From assembly GCA_963663275.1 (NCBI GenBank), contig OY760183.1, positions 2,272,001 through 2,336,000 of the forward strand: a DNA stretch of 64,000 nucleotides. Reading direction: 5' to 3'. This DNA comes from Chloroflexota bacterium (GTDB taxonomy: Bacteria > Chloroflexota > UBA11872 > VXOZ01). A program made the position numbers and the translations under genes. The notes beneath the pieces are model-generated. The model did not search any database, was not told the origin of the DNA, and saw only the letters and a list, made by a program, of their open reading frames with translations. Shown here one piece after another: positions 58,317-64,000 of this stretch (positions are counted from its first letter, which is position 1; each line of letters begins with the position of its first letter).

Positions 58317-59585
58317 TTATGCCCGATACCGATCCGTCACCTTCGCCAGGATCGTGGCCATGTCCTCCACGTCCCGGTCGGTGTACTTGTCCGTCCAGTT
58401 CCAGCGGATGGTCGTATCCACGTGCTCCTTGGCAACCGGCACCATGTCGGCGCTGTATTCGATGTCCCGGGCGAACTCGTTCATGGGGTGGTCCCACGGC
58501 CACTGGGATTCACCGGCTACCGTGGTCTTGGTGTGCAAGAAGGTGTGGCTGTCGGGCACCAGTTGCCAGGGGCCGGGCTCCGCTTTGAGGCCCTCGGCCA
58601 TGAGCGCGTCGGACAGGTCCCACAGGCCGCAGGTGAAGGCGTCCGGGTCAACCCGCAGGTAGTAGTACCAGTAGATGTGGTCGGCGCCCTCAGGGATATA
58701 GGGCGGAATCAGCCCGGGAATGTCCTCTACTATGCGTTGGCTCAGGGCGGCGGTGGTCTCGCGGCGGCGCTGGTTCTGACCTTCGAGGATGTGGAGCATA
58801 CCCAGCACGAAGGCCGCTTCCAGTTCGCCAAAGCGCATATTCAGGCCAAAGCGCACGTGCTTGCGCCCGTAGCGTTCCACCGGCACGCCGCCGCGCGACA
58901 CGCCAAATAGGTGCACCCGGTCGGCGATGTCCTGGTTGTCGGTGAGCAGCGCCCCGCCGTGGCCGCCAGAGAGGTGTTTCTCGGCGTCGAACGAGAACGC
59001 GCCCACGTCACCGAGGGTGCCGGCGTTGCGGCCCTTGTACTTGGCCAGCGGCGCTTGGCACACGTCTTCTATGAGCAGGATGTTATGCCGCTTGGCGAGC
59101 GCCACGATGTCGTCCATCGGACAGAGGAGCCCGTACCAGTGGACGGCGATGATCGCCGCCGTGCGTTCCGAGACGACCTTCTCGATCGTCTCGGCAGTAA
59201 CGTTGCCGGTGCGGATGTCCACGTCCGGAAAGACGGGAATTGCCCCTTGCGCCATGATGCCGGCCACCGAGCCCAGGTCGGTGATGGGGTTTACGATGAC
59301 CTCTTTGCCCGGGCCGATGTCCATTGCCGCGATGATGGTATGCAGCGTGGCAGTGCAGTTTGCGAGGGCGACGCAGTACTGCGCGCCGTTGACTTCAGCA
59401 AACTCCTGCTCGAAGCGCGGCAAATAACCGGAAGTCAAGCCCTTCTCCAGGACTTCTCGAATGTTGTCGTAGGACTCCTGCGGCACGTCGCGCGGGAAGA
59501 TTCCCGGCAGAGGATCATCCGCCGAACGCACCGGCGTGCCGCCTTCAATCGCGAGTCGCGTATCAATCGGGGTCTTTATCGCCAT
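58317..59585 (-). CDS. DegT/DnrJ/EryC1/StrS family aminotransferase
   Basis: LAIEGGTPVR, FEQEFA, VHWYG, IEDVCQA, FSFDAEKHL (PLP Lys), GLNMR. Confidence 0.92.
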   Translation of the reverse strand: MAIKTPIDTRLAIEGGTPVRSADDPLPGIFPRDVPQESYDNIREVLEKGLTSGYLPRFEQEFAEVNGAQYCVALANCTATLHTIIAAMDIGPGKEVIVNPITDLGSVAGIMAQGAIPVFPDVDIRTGNVTAETIEKVVSERTAAIIAVHWYGLLCPMDDIVALAKRHNILLIEDVCQAPLAKYKGRNAGTLGDVGAFSFDAEKHLSGGHGGALLTDNQDIADRVHLFGVSRGGVPVERYGRKHVRFGLNMRFGELEAAFVLGMLHILEGQNQRRRETTAALSQRIVEDIPGLIPPYIPEGADHIYWYYYLRVDPDAFTCGLWDLSDALMAEGLKAEPGPWQLVPDSHTFLHTKTTVAGESQWPWDHPMNEFARDIEYSADMVPVAKEHVDTTIRWNWTDKYTDRDVEDMATILAKVTDRYRA

Positions 59586-59678
59586 GGCTGATGCTCCTTC
59601 ACATGCCATAGCGGCAACAGGCACCGGAAGAATTGGCGCCTGTCACCACACGTATTTCTTCAAGTGCTATGTGGTAGC

Positions 59679-61073
59679 TTAGCAGATGCAGCCACCCTCT
59701 TGAAGCGCGATTTCCGATACCTGATGGGCCTCAGCGATGGCCTCTGCAACGGTCTTTTCGCCCGCTTCCATCTGTCCCCAGAGCTCTGACCAGGCGGCGT
59801 TGATATCGGCTTGCTGCACCGCCTGGCGCAGCGGCACGCTGACATCGGCAATCGCCTTGTACGTTTCTACGTTCTCAAAGGGGTATTGCACCGCCGGCGT
59901 GTAGGTGCGGTTTGGCGGGAAGCGACCGCCGCCCAGGTTCGCCCAGTCCGGCTGCACCTCTTCACTGATGAGGTACTTGTAGAACCCCCACGTGGCATCG
60001 GGCTGCGGCGAACTGCGGGCGATCCAGAAGGCGTTGATCAACAACGGTGTGCCGCGGCCGGCAGGACCTTCCGGCACGTTCGCCAAATCGACGTTGAAGG
60101 GCGTCTGCCCCTCCACAATCTCCTGATTGATGGTCCGCGTGTACCAGGGACCGGTCAGGACCATGCCAAGCTTCTGCTCGGTGAAATTCGGCGCAACGTC
60201 GGTTTCCTTCCGATTGAGGGGCGGGTGCACCTGGTGCTTGACAACGTGGTCTAGAACGGTTTGCACGGCCTCGGCCGCTTCGGGCGAATTAATGGCCGGA
60301 GCGGTAAAGTCCTCGGTCCACCAGTCAGCGCCCCATGAATGCAAGGCGATCACGATACTGGAAATGCCGCTTCCACCGAAATTGAGACCCCACCGCGTCA
60401 CGTTTGCGCCCTCACGGGTAGTCAGCTTTGTCGCCAACTCGGTAAGCGAGTCCCAATTCAGATTGCCAGCGGCATCTAGGTCGGCCGGAGAAGTCAGACC
60501 CTCACTTGTCATCATGTCGTCGTTGTACCAAATGGACCGTGCGCCAAGGAACCAGGCAATGCCATACAAATTGCCGCCGATCCGCTCCAGGGCGCCTTCG
60601 TAGAATTCGGACAGATCGACGTCCGCATCCTTTGCAATGAAGGGGTCGAGCGGCTGGATGATGTCCGCCGTGGCAAACTGGCTGATGTAGCCGAACCAGC
60701 CGTAGTACATGTCATAGGGAATGCCCGCGGCGCTGGCGGCCACGGCTTTTACCGCCACGTCGGTCAAGGGCCACGTCACAATGTCGAGCTCAACCGTAAC
60801 GTCCGGATTGCGCTCTTCATAGCGGCCGATGACCGCGCCGTAGGTGTCGTCCCACACTTCCTGCTGGGTTGTGAAGTGCATGTACTTGATGACCGTCGGC
60901 TCCATGGCCTCGGGTACCGCCGTGGGTTCCGGCTCCGGTTCCTCTTTCGCTTCGGGCGCATCCGCGGGAGCGGGCGCCACTTGTCCGCAGGCGGCGAGTG
61001 CCGCGCCGCCGACACCAACACTTGCCATGCCGGCCAGAATAGACCGCCGGGAGAATCGCTTTGCAATGCGCAT
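59679..61073 (-). CDS. ABC-type extracellular solute-binding lipoprotein (sugar-binding family 1), Tat signal
   Basis: FSRRSIL twin-arginine motif, lipobox LAAC, Pro/Glu/Ala linker, WYNDD, GPW, PEGPAG. Confidence 0.88.
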   Translation of the reverse strand: MRIAKRFSRRSILAGMASVGVGGAALAACGQVAPAPADAPEAKEEPEPEPTAVPEAMEPTVIKYMHFTTQQEVWDDTYGAVIGRYEERNPDVTVELDIVTWPLTDVAVKAVAASAAGIPYDMYYGWFGYISQFATADIIQPLDPFIAKDADVDLSEFYEGALERIGGNLYGIAWFLGARSIWYNDDMMTSEGLTSPADLDAAGNLNWDSLTELATKLTTREGANVTRWGLNFGGSGISSIVIALHSWGADWWTEDFTAPAINSPEAAEAVQTVLDHVVKHQVHPPLNRKETDVAPNFTEQKLGMVLTGPWYTRTINQEIVEGQTPFNVDLANVPEGPAGRGTPLLINAFWIARSSPQPDATWGFYKYLISEEVQPDWANLGGGRFPPNRTYTPAVQYPFENVETYKAIADVSVPLRQAVQQADINAAWSELWGQMEAGEKTVAEAIAEAHQVSEIALQEGGCIC

Positions 61074-61181
61074 TGTGCTCTCCTTGCCTGTTTCTGCAAC
61101 GGAACTGGCTGCATCGTACATCCCCTCCCTTTTTCTGTCAACCTCTGTGGAGCGGGGCGGGCTTGCGGCGCCTGGCGCAAT

Positions 61182-61304
61182 GAGCGTCCGTTCATCCTTC
61201 GACTGGCTCAGGACGAACGGAAACTCGCTTGGCTCAGGATGAACGGAAACTCGCTTGGCTCAGGACGAACGGAAACTCGCTTGGCTCAGGACGAACGGAC
61301 GCTC
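61182..61304. repeat. REP-like hairpin whose right arm is tandemly amplified (26-bp unit x4)
   Basis: tggctcagga(c/t)gaacgg at 61204, 61230, 61256 and 61282, bracketed by gagcgtccgttc / gaacggacgctc. Confidence 0.9.
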
Positions 61305-61464
61305 GTTGTAGACATCCGCTTAGACGGGCTTGCCTCGTCGTCCGTGCACAGATACCGCTCGCGCTCAACGCGCTCGCCGGTCTTGCCGGAGAATCCCGGC
61401 AGCGGTGAGGCTGCGCGGAATCATCATTCTGCGGTATACTGGAAGAGTGAACCGCTTGCCCATT

Positions 61465-61540
61465 GCCCCCATCGTCTAGTGGACTAGGACGCAGGCCTTT
61501 CAAGCCTGAAACGTGGGTTCGATTCCCGCTGGGGGCGCCA
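61465..61540 (+). tRNA. tRNA-Glu(TTC)
   Basis: Acceptor stem GCCCCCA/TGGGGGC, anticodon arm CAGGC-CTTTCAA-GCCTG, T-loop GGTTCGATTCC, encoded CCA; 76 nt. Confidence 0.97.
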
Positions 61541-61614
61541 TGGGTTGCAGCCGTGGCCGTTCGGCATCCCACGAGTAAAGGGGCCTGCGAGCGGCGGCGC
61601 GGAGACGCGCGCCG

Positions 61615-61644
61615 TTGACCGCAGGCACGACAACCTGATAGTAT
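61615..61644 (+). promoter_or_regulatory. Putative greA promoter
   Basis: TTGACC-18 bp-TAGTAT with an extended TGn -10. Confidence 0.55.
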
Positions 61645-61648
61645 ACGC

Positions 61649-61701
61649 ATGACTGGAAAAGAGCGACCGGCTTAGGGTCTCTTTTCCGTCATATTCTTTT
61701 T
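61649..61701 (+). terminator. Hairpin plus T-tract immediately upstream of the greA SD
   Basis: atgac-t-ggaaaagag...ctcttttcc-gtcat followed by attcttttt. Confidence 0.6.
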
Positions 61702-61717
61702 ATAGGAGGGTGCGGGC

Positions 61718-62182
61718 ATGGCGGAGCAGCATATGCTGACGCCTCAAGGCAGAGACAATCTTCTCCACGAACTGGAGGAGCTCAAGGCCGTGCGGCGTCC
61801 TGAAATCAGGAAGCGGATCCACGAGGCCATGGAATTTGGCGGGGATCTCTCCGACATGGGCGAGTACAACGAGGCGAAGCAAGAGCAGGCCTTCGTGGAA
61901 GGCCGCATCATCGAAATCGAGCACATCCTCCGCGACGCGGTGGTCTCCGAACACCACGCCAGCGCCGAAGTAGACTTGGGCGCGACGGTGGTGGTGATGG
62001 ATGAGGACGGCAAGAGCGAGACGTTTACCATCGTCGGCGCGCCGGAAGCCGACCCGCTGGAGAACCGCATCTCCAACGAGAGCCCCGTGGGCCATGCGCT
62101 GATGGGCCACCGCATCGGTGAAGAGGTTACCGTCGAGGTACCGGCCGGCACGCTGACGTATACGATTCAAGAGGTGAAGTAG
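61718..62182 (+). CDS. greA: Transcription elongation factor GreA
   Basis: GDLSDMGEYNEAKQEQAFVEGRI, EADP..NRISNESPVG.AL. Confidence 0.95.
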   Translation: MAEQHMLTPQGRDNLLHELEELKAVRRPEIRKRIHEAMEFGGDLSDMGEYNEAKQEQAFVEGRIIEIEHILRDAVVSEHHASAEVDLGATVVVMDEDGKSETFTIVGAPEADPLENRISNESPVGHALMGHRIGEEVTVEVPAGTLTYTIQEVK

Positions 62183-62184
62183 CC

Positions 62185-63690
62185 ACGGAATCGTCTGACT
62201 TCGCCAATGCCGCAGACCGTTCGCGCAGTTCGGCAGTTGACTTTCGGCTCCGCAAGCTCGAAGCCTTGCGCGCTCAGGGCATAGAGCCGTATCCTCTCCG
62301 TTTCGACCGCACCCATACGGCGCAAGAGGCGCTCGACCGCTTCGACGAAATTGCCGCCTCGGGGGAGACCGTACGCCTCGCCGGCCGCATTCTCACCGCC
62401 CGCAAGATGGGCAAGGCCTCATTCGTCCACGTCGGCGACGCCTCCGGCCGCATTCAACTCTACCTGCGCCTCGATTCCGTGGGCGCGGAGTCGTATGCGA
62501 ACTTCAAGGACTTGTACGACCTCGGCGACATCGTAGGCGCTGAAGGGACGCTCTTCCGCACGCGCACCGGCGAGCGGTCGCTCGAGGCGCGCCGCATCGT
62601 CATGCTGTCCAAGGCGCTGCAAAATCCGCCGGAAAAGTACCACGGCCTGCGGGATACGGAAACCCGCCTGCGCCGCCGCTACCTGGATATGGCGGCAAAT
62701 GAGGACGTGCGGCAGACGTTCGCGGCGCGCAGCCGCGTGGTGCGTGAGGTGCGGACCTTCTTCGACGCCCGGGATTTCCTCGAAGTCGAAACGCCGGTCT
62801 TGCAGCCCCTCTACGGCGGGGCGTTCGCCCGGCCGTTCATAACCCACCACAACGCGCTCGACCAGGACTTCTACCTGCGCATCGCCACGGAACTCTACCT
62901 CAAACGCTGCCTCATCGGCGGCTTCGAGCGCGTCTATGAGATCGGCCGCACCTTCCGCAACGAGGGCATGGACCGGGACCACAATCCCGAATTCACCATG
63001 CTGGAAGCCTACCAGGCGTACGCCGATTACTCGGATATGATGAGTGTGCTTGAAGAGCTTTACCACGCCGTTGCGCTTGCCGTGCACGGCTCGCCTGAGG
63101 TTCCGTATGGCGATCACGTGCTGGACTTCACGCCGCCCTGGCAGCGCATACGGCTGCACGAGGCCATCGAGACCGCTACCGGCATCGATGTCTACGCCCA
63201 TCCGGAGACGGACGCCCTGCTCGCTCAGGTGCAAGCACGGGGCATTGGCGTGCCGGAACGGGTCACGTGGGCTACACTAGTGGATGAACTGCTGGCGGAA
63301 TGCGTGGAGCCGACACTCGTGCAGCCGACACTCCTACTCGATTATCCGGTGGCGCTTTCGCCGCTGGCCAAGCGGCGGGAGGACGACCCCCGTCTCGTGG
63401 AGCGGTTCGAGGCGTTCGTGGGCGGCCTGGAGATTGCCAACGCCTTTAGCGAATTGAACGATCCGCTGGATCAGCGCGCCCGCTTCGAGGAACAAGCGCG
63501 AGAACGCGCCGCCGGCGACGAAGAGGCGCAGCCCCTGGACGAGGATTTTCTGCTCGCCCTGGAATACGGTATGCCGCCGACCGGGGGAATCGGCATCGGC
63601 ATCGACCGCATGGCGATGCTCTTTACCAACAGCGCCTCGATTCGCGACGTGATTCTCTTTCCGCCTGTGCGCACCCGGGAGGACGAATGA
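62185..63690 (+). CDS. lysS: Lysine--tRNA ligase (class II)
   Basis: RKLEALRAQGIEPYP, RKMGKASF, EVETP, LRIATELYLKR, FRNEG, GMPPTGGIGIGIDR. Start inferred at ACG 62185; the first canonical start is TTG 62266. Confidence 0.96.
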   Translation, partial: TESSDFANAADRSRSSAVDFRLRKLEALRAQGIEPYPLRFDRTHTAQEALDRFDEIAASGETVRLAGRILTARKMGKASFVHVGDASGRIQLYLRLDSVGAESYANFKDLYDLGDIVGAEGTLFRTRTGERSLEARRIVMLSKALQNPPEKYHGLRDTETRLRRRYLDMAANEDVRQTFAARSRVVREVRTFFDARDFLEVETPVLQPLYGGAFARPFITHHNALDQDFYLRIATELYLKRCLIGGFERVYEIGRTFRNEGMDRDHNPEFTMLEAYQAYADYSDMMSVLEELYHAVALAVHGSPEVPYGDHVLDFTPPWQRIRLHEAIETATGIDVYAHPETDALLAQVQARGIGVPERVTWATLVDELLAECVEPTLVQPTLLLDYPVALSPLAKRREDDPRLVERFEAFVGGLEIANAFSELNDPLDQRARFEEQARERAAGDEEAQPLDEDFLLALEYGMPPTGGIGIGIDRMAMLFTNSASIRDVILFPPVRTREDE

Positions 63691-64000
63691 TGCTCAACAT
63701 ACGCCGCATCCGTGAGCAACCGGAGGAAGTAAAGGCCGGCCTGGCGCGGCGTGGGGAAGATGCCGGTAGTATTGATCAGCTTGTCGCGTGGGACGCTGAG
63801 CGTCGCGCGCTGCTGCAAGAGAGCGAAACGCTGAAAGCGGAACGCAATCGCGCTTCGAAGCAATTCGGCGCTGCCCAGGACAAAGAAGCGCTGAGCGCCC
63901 TGCGCGAGCGGATGCGCGCGGTCGGCCAGCGCATCAAGACCCTCGATAGCAACGTAGCGGCAATTGAAGAGCGCATCACGGCGGCGGTACTGGAAGTTCC
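63690..64000 (+). CDS. serS: Serine--tRNA ligase (5' part; truncated by the window edge)
   Basis: Manual translation MLNIRRIREQPEEVKAGLARRGE...DAERRALLQESETLKAERNRASKQFG...LEVP matches the SerS N-terminal coiled-coil arm. Confidence 0.92.
   Translation, partial: MLNIRRIREQPEEVKAGLARRGEDAGSIDQLVAWDAERRALLQESETLKAERNRASKQFGAAQDKEALSALRERMRAVGQRIKTLDSNVAAIEERITAAVLEV

Noticed and set aside
61204-61304. Possible CRISPR array
   Set aside because: Units are contiguous 26-bp copies with identical linkers (no unique spacers), and there are no cas genes. This is an amplified REP arm.
50372-61540. Genomic island integrated at tRNA-Glu
   Set aside because: No integrase, no duplicated tRNA 3' end seen, and the accessory genes lie 5' of the tRNA.

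Overview
High-GC bacterial chromosomal window, probably Chloroflexota. That placement is inferred from a conserved hypothetical protein, a membrane-extended YvcK and a Tat-lipoprotein solute-binding protein. From left to right it contains: a shortened dcw cluster on the minus strand (mraZ-rsmH-ftsL-ftsI-ftsW-murC-murB-ftsQ-ftsA'); queG; a [2Fe-2S] ferredoxin; nadB-nadC; ogt and moxR; aldolase, MBL hydrolase, GAF kinase and acyl-CoA genes; yvcK-gap-pgk; a DUF3604-like/CocE/DUF3604-like hydrolase cluster; an aquaporin; cimA; a co-oriented glcDEF-FNR-nuoE-nuoF redox block with no nuoG; a minus-strand catabolic-looking run (SBP, DegT aminotransferase, deacetylase, PLP enzyme, M81 peptidase, FAD oxidase, membrane protein, MFS); tRNA-Glu; greA, lysS and a partial serS. 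Intergenic spaces carry several REP/MITE-like palindromic families. The most notable observations are (1) the FNR-NuoE-NuoF module with an altered NADP-binding motif, attached to glcDEF, (2) apparent near-cognate start codons (ACG for lysS, ATT for a membrane protein, possibly ATC for nadB), (3) the dcw cluster cleanly lacking murE/murF/mraY/murD/murG/ddl, and (4) a dcw promoter with MraZ boxes, a perfect DnaA box and a palindrome over the -10. No CRISPR array, integrase or transposase was seen. All calls are by motif recognition; no database searches were run.
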